From: an uncultured Acidobacteriota bacterium
GTDB lineage: Bacteria > Acidobacteriota > Vicinamibacteria > Marinacidobacterales > DATDRI01
Length of the DNA stretch: 64,000 bases
Assembly (NCBI GenBank): GCA_963697355.1
Contig: CAVONV010000023.1
Span: 1,362,400 to 1,426,399, forward strand
Direction of reading: 5' to 3'
Part shown: positions 48,246 to 56,491 of the stretch, in pieces
Layout of the letters: the number at the start of each line of letters is the position of its first letter
Numbering within the stretch: position 1 is the first letter of the stretch
Translations under genes and position numbers: made by a program
Notes under the pieces: model-generated
Databases searched by the model: none
What the model was told of the DNA's origin: nothing
What the model saw: only the letters and a program-made list of their open reading frames with translations

Positions 48246-49721
48246 TCAACTGGGCCGGATCGCCTTCCAAACGCTTCGGTGCTCACCTTCGGCACCCTCG
48301 GGCGGTTGGGTGGCAAGACTCACGACGATCGTAACGAGGAATCCAGCCGCGAAACCCGGCAGCATCTCGTAGAGGTCGTAGAAGTGTTCCTTGACGAATA
48401 AGACCCAAAGAACCGCAGTCAAGAATCCCGCGAGCATACCCGAGATGGCACCGGCCTTGGTTGTTCGTTTCCAGAAGAGCGAGCACAAGACGACTGGAGC
48501 AAACGCCGAGGCCAGACCGGACCAGGCGAAGAGTACGAACCAGAAGATCATCCTGCTCTCGCCCAGCGCAAAGGACAAGGCGCCCGCACCAATGACGATG
48601 GTGACCATCTTTCCATAGAAAGAAAGGCGGCGATCGGACACATCGGGATTGAAGACTTTCTGGATGACGTCCCGAACGACAGCGGAAGAAGCCAAAATCA
48701 GAAGCGAGTCAACGGTGGACATGATGGCGGCAAGGACGATGACCAAGAAAATGCCCGTAAAGACCGCGGGGAACAGCTCCGTGGCCATCGTGGGAAGGAT
48801 GGTCTCGTGATCGACGAGGCTAGGAAAAAGCACTCGGCCCGCCATGCCGCTCAAGACGGCTCCGACGTCGAACACGATGATACAAATGACGGCAATGACA
48901 CTGGCGTTGACGATCTCCTTGCGATCTCGAGCTGCGATGAATCGCGTGAGTAACTGCGGGGCCCCGAGAAAAGCCAACCCGATGCCGAGGAAGCTGGCGA
49001 TGGCGGCCACTCCTTGCGCGGACATCCCATGGGATCCCATAGGAAGGAGAAGGTTGGGATCGGTCGCCTCGAGCTGCGACATGAGCGACCCCCAGCCGCC
49101 GGCAGCCGTCACTCCAACGATGGGGAGCACAAAAAGCGCGCAAAACATGAGAACGCCGTGGAATAGATCGCAATAAGCTACCGCTTTGAATCCACCAATG
49201 GTCGTGTAGTAGAGGATCACGGCGGCCCCAATTAGGACGCCGGCGACATAGCTCGTGCCGAGAAACGAACCGAAAGCCTTGCCGGATGCCGTGAGTTGAG
49301 CGGCGATGTAAGCCGTCACCATTGTAATAATGATGACGAAAGAGATGAGACGGACGGCGTGACTCGAGTCCCGAAACCGTGATTCGAGGTAATCGGCGAC
49401 GGTGATCGAGTCGTAGCGGTCGGTGTACTCTTTGAAAGGCAGTGCCACGAGCGCCCAGCCCAAAGCCACTCCGAGCACCTCCCCCATGACGATCCAAAGG
49501 GCGTGGACCCCCACGAGATAGCCCATGCCGGTAAGGCCCAAGAGAAGCCAAGCGCTCTCACCCGTCGCATTGGAACTAAATGCGATCACCCAAGAAGGCA
49601 GTTTCTTGCCGGCCACGTAGTACCCGGCCACCGTTTTGGTCGTTCGATGACCCCAGGCGCCAATGACGAGGAGGACCAGGAGGTAGGCGAACAGGACAAC
49701 AATGATGGTCGTAGAAGCCAT
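48246..49721 (-). CDS. Sodium:solute symporter (SSS family)
   Basis: 13-TM topology. N-terminal YYVAGKKLPSWVIAFSSNATGESAWLLLGLTGMGY matches SSS-family proteins. Confidence 0.85.
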   Translation of the reverse strand: MASTTIIVVLFAYLLVLLVIGAWGHRTTKTVAGYYVAGKKLPSWVIAFSSNATGESAWLLLGLTGMGYLVGVHALWIVMGEVLGVALGWALVALPFKEYTDRYDSITVADYLESRFRDSSHAVRLISFVIIITMVTAYIAAQLTASGKAFGSFLGTSYVAGVLIGAAVILYYTTIGGFKAVAYCDLFHGVLMFCALFVLPIVGVTAAGGWGSLMSQLEATDPNLLLPMGSHGMSAQGVAAIASFLGIGLAFLGAPQLLTRFIAARDRKEIVNASVIAVICIIVFDVGAVLSGMAGRVLFPSLVDHETILPTMATELFPAVFTGIFLVIVLAAIMSTVDSLLILASSAVVRDVIQKVFNPDVSDRRLSFYGKMVTIVIGAGALSFALGESRMIFWFVLFAWSGLASAFAPVVLCSLFWKRTTKAGAISGMLAGFLTAVLWVLFVKEHFYDLYEMLPGFAAGFLVTIVVSLATQPPEGAEGEHRSVWKAIRPS

Positions 49722-49750
49722 GGTCTCAATCGTTTGCGAATCGTTCTCAG

Positions 49751-49819
49751 AAAGGTGCCAGGCACGTTATTCCGTTATTCTGTTGTTGGGAACAACGGAA
49801 TAACGTGCCTGGCACCTTT
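49751..49819. repeat. Perfect 26-bp inverted repeat with 17-nt loop (strong hairpin), followed by CCTTTAA direct repeats
   Basis: aaaggtgccaggcacgttattccgtt [attctgttgttgggaac] aacggaataacgtgcctggcaccttt, then aacctttaaccttttaggg. Confidence 0.7.
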
Positions 49820-49942
49820 AACCTTTAACCTTTTAGGGACGGCGGCGTTGACTCCAGTAAAAGAAGACCACGATAGCCAGGCCGAGTCCCACCGAGGCCA
49901 TCAACAACAGCCATGCCGTCCACGGGAGACCGGCGATCGGGC

Positions 49943-50239
49943 TCACAGTTGAAAATCCTCCCCGGTCTCCTTCCGTTTCCAATGGACTCGATTCTTAGGC
50001 ATCGGAATCATATCGATGGCCCCTTCTACCGGGCAGGCATCCACGCAGTCCCCGCAATGCCAACACTCTCCCGGGTAAGCCAAGACTGGAGGGTCGCCCA
50101 GTTCAGCAGCGGGAAGGAACACATCGACCTGGCAGACTTCGACACAGTCGTTGCAGCCGGTACATTGCTCGTCGTCGATGGCGATGGCCGTGAATGTCGA
50201 CTCATCGATCCTTGCGCAAACCTTTCTTTCTGGATTCAT
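49943..50239 (-). CDS. 4Fe-4S dicluster ferredoxin (98 aa)
   Basis: CTGCNDCVEVC and CWHCGDCVDACP motifs. Confidence 0.75.
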   Translation of the reverse strand: MNPERKVCARIDESTFTAIAIDDEQCTGCNDCVEVCQVDVFLPAAELGDPPVLAYPGECWHCGDCVDACPVEGAIDMIPMPKNRVHWKRKETGEDFQL

Positions 50240-50248
50240 CTTTGTCGC

Positions 50249-52189
50249 TCAGCGCCGCTCGCTCAGATAGTCGCCGTTGGTTGCTTCGTACTCTTCCCGG
50301 AGAGGGCCGTAGTAGTCGATAGCTTTCTCGCCCACCATCGTTCCTTTCTGGCTCTTCCGGACGGTCACGAACTTGTGCCACTCGGGTGGGTCGAGATCAG
50401 GGTAGTCGGTTCGGATGAAATGTAGCTGATTCGAGCTCGCCCGTCGAGCCAAGCATGCGTGAATCACCAATTCAGCATTTGTCAGTACGTTCAAGGTTTC
50501 CAGCGAGCGTATGAGCTCGTGCGGATCCGCGGCGCTCAGCTCGGTGGCCACACCGGCTTCAATCTCTTTGATCTGCTCCAGACCGGCGCTGAGAAGCGCC
50601 TCGCTCTTGGTCGCTCCACAGTACTGCTGCATCGTGCGGGCGATCTGAAGCGCCAAGTCCTTCCAATGCACCCCGCTGCTGCGGTGGATAGGCGAGAAAA
50701 CTCGCGCTCTTTCTTCTTCCACTTGGGATAAAGCGATCGTTGGCTCGGAGGCGTCCCGTGCGTAACGGGCGGCATGGCGGCCGGCGTAATGTCCGGTGGC
50801 GGCGGCGTGACCGTGGCAGTTCGAGGCAAACAGCTGGTCCCCGGCGGCGTAGAGTCCCTCCAGGTTGGTTCCGAGATGCCAGTTGTTCATGATGCCACCG
50901 GGAAGGCCAAAGAGCTGACGCTCTTCGGGAAGAAACGTCGCCGACTTCCATCCGTCTCCGTAGCTTTGAAGAAGATCGCGATCGGGGTCGAATCCTGACT
51001 CCTTGTATTTCTTCAAGATGGGTATCTTGGTTTTGCCCTCTTCTCCCACCATGAGACCCCAGATGGCGCGTCTTTCGTGAACCGGCATGGCGGGAAGATC
51101 GGCGTAGAAGGGTAACTTGTACCCCTGCTTCAGCAGTTCCTCGACCGGAGGGGTGTCGGGGCCTCTGAATTCGTAAGACGGAAAATCGGATTCTCCTCCG
51201 CCCTTGATGAAAAACTTCTGTCCCTCAGCCGGGCGGTACCGTTCGGATATCGTGGAGAGCACTTTGCCGTCACGGTCCGACCAGGGAAGCTCTCGTCCTT
51301 CGGCATCGACCATGGAGCAGGCGAACCAGGTATTGTGGTTGTTGCCGGTGCCATAGGGAGGGAACGAACGGTCTCCGGACCACTCGGCTTTGACGGATTT
51401 CTCCATCATCGCGAACTCGACGCCTGCGTTCCAGCCCATGGCATGTCCATCCCCGGTGCATTGGGGAGGTCGGAACTCGGAAATACCGGGATGCTCGGGG
51501 GAGAACAGCCAGATTCTAGTGGGGCGAGACATACAAAGCACCGTGGACTTAGCTTTGAATCGAAAGAGCTCGCCCGTTCGTCCCTCCACCGCGACGGCTC
51601 CGACGATTCGTGAGCCCATCTCTCCATGTGCCGTGAGCAGGCCTGTCGCCATCGTTCGGTCGAAAATCTGCACACCCAAACGCCGGCACTCTCGATAGAG
51701 CGCAGGTTTGAACGTGCTTCCCCACACACGAAGCGTGAATCGGTTCTCGTAGTCGTAAGCAAAAAGAAGCTTCGTCGCTTCGTCTCTGAACTCGGCGCCG
51801 ACGAACTCGTCATCGGTATCCCGGATCTTGGCCCCCATCCTTTCCATATCGAGAAGGCGGTCGTAGCCTTCGCGGCATTCGATGTAGTGGGATATGCCGT
51901 TGTTGTAGCCGTGATTATCATCGATCATGGCTCGCGTAAGCTCTTCGGGTGTCACTTTCGAGCACGGGTTCGTCGCCGCGGATTCCCAGTGATCGCAACC
52001 GGATCCGGAGGCCCCGCTACGAATCGTGGCACCCTTTTCGACAAGGGTCACTCTCGCACCCTGTTCCGCCGCGCTAATGGCTGCCCAGCAACCTGCAACA
52101 CCCCCTCCGAGAACGAGAACGTCGATTCCATCGACCTCTGTTTTTTCGTTCCACCGAATGGGGTAGGGCCACGCGAGTTGGTTCTTCAT
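50249..52189 (-). CDS. FAD-dependent oxidoreductase, AprA/SdhA/FrdA-like flavoprotein
   Basis: N-terminal DVLVLGGGVAGCWAAISAAEQGARVTLVEK (FAD Rossmann). 646 aa and paired with the downstream small ferredoxin, as in AprAB or flavoprotein/Fe-S pairs. Confidence 0.6.
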   Translation of the reverse strand: MKNQLAWPYPIRWNEKTEVDGIDVLVLGGGVAGCWAAISAAEQGARVTLVEKGATIRSGASGSGCDHWESAATNPCSKVTPEELTRAMIDDNHGYNNGISHYIECREGYDRLLDMERMGAKIRDTDDEFVGAEFRDEATKLLFAYDYENRFTLRVWGSTFKPALYRECRRLGVQIFDRTMATGLLTAHGEMGSRIVGAVAVEGRTGELFRFKAKSTVLCMSRPTRIWLFSPEHPGISEFRPPQCTGDGHAMGWNAGVEFAMMEKSVKAEWSGDRSFPPYGTGNNHNTWFACSMVDAEGRELPWSDRDGKVLSTISERYRPAEGQKFFIKGGGESDFPSYEFRGPDTPPVEELLKQGYKLPFYADLPAMPVHERRAIWGLMVGEEGKTKIPILKKYKESGFDPDRDLLQSYGDGWKSATFLPEERQLFGLPGGIMNNWHLGTNLEGLYAAGDQLFASNCHGHAAATGHYAGRHAARYARDASEPTIALSQVEEERARVFSPIHRSSGVHWKDLALQIARTMQQYCGATKSEALLSAGLEQIKEIEAGVATELSAADPHELIRSLETLNVLTNAELVIHACLARRASSNQLHFIRTDYPDLDPPEWHKFVTVRKSQKGTMVGEKAIDYYGPLREEYEATNGDYLSERR

Positions 52190-52192
52190 TGC

Positions 52193-53590
52193 TTATTTGC
52201 TTCCAGATGAAACGAGGCTAACCACGACGAAGGCACAAGCGGAAGCGACGTAGGCAGCGAGGAGGCCCAGCTCGACGTTGAACATACCCTGGAATGGACC
52301 CGGTATCCCGGCCAGGAACGAGACGACGCCCACCGTGCCACCGGCAATCATGGCGGCAATAGCACCCTGAGGTGTGGCCCCACGCCAAAGGACTCCGCCG
52401 AGTAGAGGTACGAGCATGCTTCCCATATAAGGATAGTTAAAGATGATCATCGTATAGAGGATCCCCTTGGCGTGCAACGCGATGGCAATCCCGGCGAGTA
52501 CGGCTCCAACAATCACGACTCTCGAGATGAGTTGGGAGTGTTTCAACTCGTCGATCTCTTGAGAGGGATGGAGCACTTTGTTGTAGAGATCCCTCGTGAA
52601 GCAACCGGAGAGTGAAATGAGCAGGCAGTTACCACTGGACATGGCGGCCGCCAGCAACGCGGATATGACGAGCCCGCCGAGGAGGGGAGATAGCGTCGAT
52701 TGGATCATGTGGGGGAAGACCGCGGCGTTATCGAGCTGAGGGTAGAGGTTCCGTCCGACTGCACCCAGAAGGCCGACGCAGAGGCTGATCCCAACGACCA
52801 GTATTCCTGCGAGGATTGCGCCCCACTTGGCGACCGTCTCTGACTTCGCCGATTGGAACCTCATATAAGCGTCATACGAAACGGAAATGCTGAGGAAGAA
52901 GGGAAGTGTGAGAAAGATTGCTCGCGAGGCCATGCCTTCGGGAATGAAATCGGTTGACAGGATCTCCATGAGAGGAGCCGGGGCGCCGATGTCCCCGAGT
53001 CGGTTTGCGACCGTGAATGTGAGGAGTGGAATGCCGATCAGGATGATGCCGAGTTGGAGGAAGTCGGTGACGACGGCACCCCACATGCCGGCCATGACGC
53101 TATAGACCATGATGACGATGCCACTCAGCCAGATCCCTTGCCGGAAGCTCCCTCCGAAAAGGGTGAAGATGCTCCCTGAGGCCATGAGCTGAGCGGCAAA
53201 AACGCCCAGCAAGCTGGGTATATTGGACAGCCAGGCCCAGAACCGGACCCACTTTCTCTCGCCGTAGCGTTCGGAAAAAAAATCCATGGGTACGTAGGAG
53301 CCGCGTCTTCGAAGTCTCGACGCGACCAACCAACCGGCCAAGATCAATCCTCCGCCACAGCCCAAGCCATACCATGTCCCGGGCCACATGCCGCTTTCGG
53401 CCGCCGTTTCGGCACCGCCGAGGATCACCCCTGCTCCGAGCTGTACCGCGGCCAAGGTGGCTGTTGTAAGGATGAGACCGAGTTTCCGGCCCGCTACGAG
53501 AAAATCCGTTGTCGATTGGACACGGGACCGCAGATGGATGCCTACAACGACCATGCTCACCAGGTAGACACCCACGATTGCAGCGATCAT
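52193..53590 (-). CDS. Sodium:solute symporter (SSS family), second copy
   Basis: Multi-TM protein; TDFLVAGRKLG and repeated Gly-rich TM helices are typical of SSS transporters. Confidence 0.8.
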   Translation of the reverse strand: MIAAIVGVYLVSMVVVGIHLRSRVQSTTDFLVAGRKLGLILTTATLAAVQLGAGVILGGAETAAESGMWPGTWYGLGCGGGLILAGWLVASRLRRRGSYVPMDFFSERYGERKWVRFWAWLSNIPSLLGVFAAQLMASGSIFTLFGGSFRQGIWLSGIVIMVYSVMAGMWGAVVTDFLQLGIILIGIPLLTFTVANRLGDIGAPAPLMEILSTDFIPEGMASRAIFLTLPFFLSISVSYDAYMRFQSAKSETVAKWGAILAGILVVGISLCVGLLGAVGRNLYPQLDNAAVFPHMIQSTLSPLLGGLVISALLAAAMSSGNCLLISLSGCFTRDLYNKVLHPSQEIDELKHSQLISRVVIVGAVLAGIAIALHAKGILYTMIIFNYPYMGSMLVPLLGGVLWRGATPQGAIAAMIAGGTVGVVSFLAGIPGPFQGMFNVELGLLAAYVASACAFVVVSLVSSGSK

Positions 53591-53707
53591 GCTTCGGCCA
53601 TTCTAAATGCCCGTGTCGTTGGACGCCATCGTGCCCCGCGAGTGCATTCTTCAACTGGATCTGGTAGTTTCAGACCAAGAGAAACCATGGCCGGCAGGAG
53701 ATGACCG

Positions 53708-54187
53708 ATGAAGCGAAGAGTTCGATTCAGGCTCAACCACGAGCCGGTGGACTTGAATGTGGATCCGGAACGCTTGCTCTTATGGGTCCTACGGAGCGAC
53801 CTCGAGCTTACCGGCACAAAATGCGGTTGTGAGTTGGGTGTTTGCAGCGCCTGCACCGTCCTAGTCGACGACAAGGCGCTTCTGGCCTGCCAAATGAAAG
53901 TCGAGGAGATTGAAGGAAAGGACGTCGTGACGATCGAAGGCTTGGCCCGCAATGGTGAGCTCCACCCGGTGCAAAAGGCCTTTATAGAGCACGACGCACT
54001 TCAATGCGGCTTCTGTACGCCGGGCATGATCCTGAACGCCTGCAGTCTATTGAACGAGAATCCCAACCCCAGTCGAGAGGACATCATACGAAGTATGGAT
54101 GATAATCTTTGCCGCTGCGGAGCCCATACCCGCATCATCCTCGCCATACAAACGGCAGCAAAGGAAATGAAGGGAGCCCAGTCATGA
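53708..54187 (+). CDS. [2Fe-2S]-binding small subunit of a molybdenum hydroxylase (CoxS/IorA-like)
   Basis: CGCELGVCSACTV plus QCGFCTPG...CRCGAH: the two 2Fe-2S cluster motifs. Confidence 0.9.
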   Translation: MKRRVRFRLNHEPVDLNVDPERLLLWVLRSDLELTGTKCGCELGVCSACTVLVDDKALLACQMKVEEIEGKDVVTIEGLARNGELHPVQKAFIEHDALQCGFCTPGMILNACSLLNENPNPSREDIIRSMDDNLCRCGAHTRIILAIQTAAKEMKGAQS

Positions 54188-56349
54188 AAAACAAAGACGA
54201 GCACCCGAAACTCGATGCTGCCCAAAGATCCGAGTGGTCCATCTGGAGCCGCCGGGAGTTCCTTTCACGGGTGGGTGGCGGCATCGTCGTTGTCTTCACC
54301 TGTGGTGAGTCCTTTGCTTTTTTGGAAGGACAACGATCCGGCCAACGAGCCCCCGAGGATTTCAACGCTTATCTTCTCATTGGGGAGGACGGCCGAGTGA
54401 CGTGCTTCACGGGGAAGATCGAGATGGGCCAAGGCGTCATCACGTCGCTTCCTCAGATGCTGGCCGACGAGCTAGGTGTGGCTCTGGACACCGTGGACAT
54501 GATCATGGGTGATACGGATCTGTGCCCGTGGGACATGGGAACGTTCGGGTCGCTGACCACTCGTGTGTTCGGACCTCAACTGAGGGCTGCCGCCGCGGAA
54601 GCTCGGGAAGTCCTCATCGAGTTGGCAGCCGAGAATCTCCAGGTTCCGACGGATCGGTTGGCGGTGACGAACGGTGTCGTTTTCGACCGCAACAGCCCAG
54701 AGACCAAAGTGACTTACGCTCAATTGACCAAGGGGAAGAAAATCGAAAGGCACCTCGAGGGAGAGTCGGCGGTCAAGCCGGTGTCGGAGCTCGAGATCAT
54801 CGGAAAGGGGTTTTTGCGAAGGGACTCGCTCGAGAAAGTGACGGGTAAAGCCAAGTACGCCGGCGACATGCGCCTGCCGGGGATGTTGTATGCGGCAATC
54901 CTGAGACCGCCGGCGCATGGCGCGACGAGAACCCAAGTCGACACAAGCGCTGCCGAGGCCATGGAGGATGTCGTTGTGATCAAGGACGGTGACCTCATTG
55001 CCGTCCTTCACGAACATCCTGACGGTGCCAAGAAAGCTCTGGATCAAATCAAGGCGGAGTTCGATGTTCCCGAGGCCGAAGTGGATGACCGCTCGATCTT
55101 CGATCATTTGCTGAAAGTCGCTCCAGAGCCGAGGGCGGTTGAAGAAGGTGGAGACCTTGCAGCGGGTGAAAAGGAATCAACGGAAATCTTCGAAGAGACC
55201 TACACCGACGGTTACGTGTCTCATGCCCCCATCGAGCCTCATACCGCCGTCGCAAATTTTGAAGGAGACAAGGTCACCGTTTGGGCGTCGACCCAAGCGC
55301 CCTTCCGTGTCAAAGAGGATGTGGCGGAGGCCTTGGGTATGCCCCCGGAAAATGTCCGCGTCGTCACACCCTTTGTTGGTGGAGGATTCGGCGGGAAGGT
55401 ACAGGGTCGACAGGCCGTCGAAGCGGCCCGTTTGGCGAAGGCGAGCGGGAAACCGGTTCAGGTTGCCTGGAGTCGCGCGGAGGAGTTCTTCTACGATACC
55501 TTCCGACCGGCGGCGGTCGTCAAAGTCAAATCAGGGGCCGACGGTAACGGTCGGATCCATCTTTGGGACTATAAAGTTTATTTCGCTGGAAGAAGAGGTT
55601 CGGAACATATCTACGACATACCGAACCACAGCACGCTCGCCTACGGCGAGTGGGGCGGAGCGCCACCGGGCGCCCATCCCTTTGCCGTCGGGGCCTGGAG
55701 GGCTCCGGCGTGCAATACGAATGCCTTTGCCCGAGAATCCCACATCGACATCATGGCCTCGAAACTTGGACGCGACCCGGTCGAGTTTCGTCTCGAGAAC
55801 CTAAAGGACGAGCGAATGCGGCGTGTGCTGAAGGCGGCCGCGGACAAGTTCGGCTGGACGCCGGCGAAATCACCGAGTGGCAGGGGATTGGGCGTTGCCT
55901 GTGGTATCGATGCCGATACTTACGTGGCGTTCATCGCGGAGGCCGGCGTGGATCGGGAAACGGGAAAGGTCCAGGTCAAGCGCGTCGTATGTGCTCAAGA
56001 CATGGGTCTCGTCGTCAACCCCGACGGAGCAAAGATACAAATGGAAGGCTGCATAACGATGGGCATGGGCTATGCATTGAGCGAAGAGATCCATTTCAAG
56101 GGTGGGACGATCCACGAGGAAAACTTCGACACTTACGAGATACCTCGTTTCTCCTGGTTGCCCCGTATCGAGACCGTGATCCTCGACATCAAAGATGCGC
56201 CGCCTCATGGGGGTGGTGAGCCGGCGATCATCGGTATGGGCGCCGTGATCGCCAACTCAATTTTCGACGCGACGGGTGCCCGTTTGACCATGATGCCGAT
56301 GACACCCGAGCGGGTTCGGGAGGCTTTAGCGAAAGCGGAGTCGGTTTGA
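54184..56349 (+). CDS. Molybdopterin-dependent hydroxylase large subunit (IorB / aldehyde-oxidase-like) with Tat signal
   Basis: ATGA overlap with the small subunit. SRREFLSRVGGGIVVVF Tat motif. Xanthine-dehydrogenase-family Mo-binding domains. No FAD subunit is present, which suggests IorAB-type. Confidence 0.8.
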   Translation: MKNKDEHPKLDAAQRSEWSIWSRREFLSRVGGGIVVVFTCGESFAFLEGQRSGQRAPEDFNAYLLIGEDGRVTCFTGKIEMGQGVITSLPQMLADELGVALDTVDMIMGDTDLCPWDMGTFGSLTTRVFGPQLRAAAAEAREVLIELAAENLQVPTDRLAVTNGVVFDRNSPETKVTYAQLTKGKKIERHLEGESAVKPVSELEIIGKGFLRRDSLEKVTGKAKYAGDMRLPGMLYAAILRPPAHGATRTQVDTSAAEAMEDVVVIKDGDLIAVLHEHPDGAKKALDQIKAEFDVPEAEVDDRSIFDHLLKVAPEPRAVEEGGDLAAGEKESTEIFEETYTDGYVSHAPIEPHTAVANFEGDKVTVWASTQAPFRVKEDVAEALGMPPENVRVVTPFVGGGFGGKVQGRQAVEAARLAKASGKPVQVAWSRAEEFFYDTFRPAAVVKVKSGADGNGRIHLWDYKVYFAGRRGSEHIYDIPNHSTLAYGEWGGAPPGAHPFAVGAWRAPACNTNAFARESHIDIMASKLGRDPVEFRLENLKDERMRRVLKAAADKFGWTPAKSPSGRGLGVACGIDADTYVAFIAEAGVDRETGKVQVKRVVCAQDMGLVVNPDGAKIQMEGCITMGMGYALSEEIHFKGGTIHEENFDTYEIPRFSWLPRIETVILDIKDAPPHGGGEPAIIGMGAVIANSIFDATGARLTMMPMTPERVREALAKAESV

Positions 56350-56491
56350 GCGGAACCTTGCCTTGGGCTTTCCGGTGCCGGGGTCGGAATGTTACACTTT
56401 GGCATCGGAATTGGGCCGTTTTGGGGAGCGATGGCTCAGTTGTCGTTGTCCTTCGATGCAGCACATTGGTCCCTGAATCAAGGGTGGCTTC

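Noticed and set aside
48820-49551. 243-aa Arg/His-rich minus-strand ORF
   Set aside because: Out-of-frame overlap of the SSS symporter gene.
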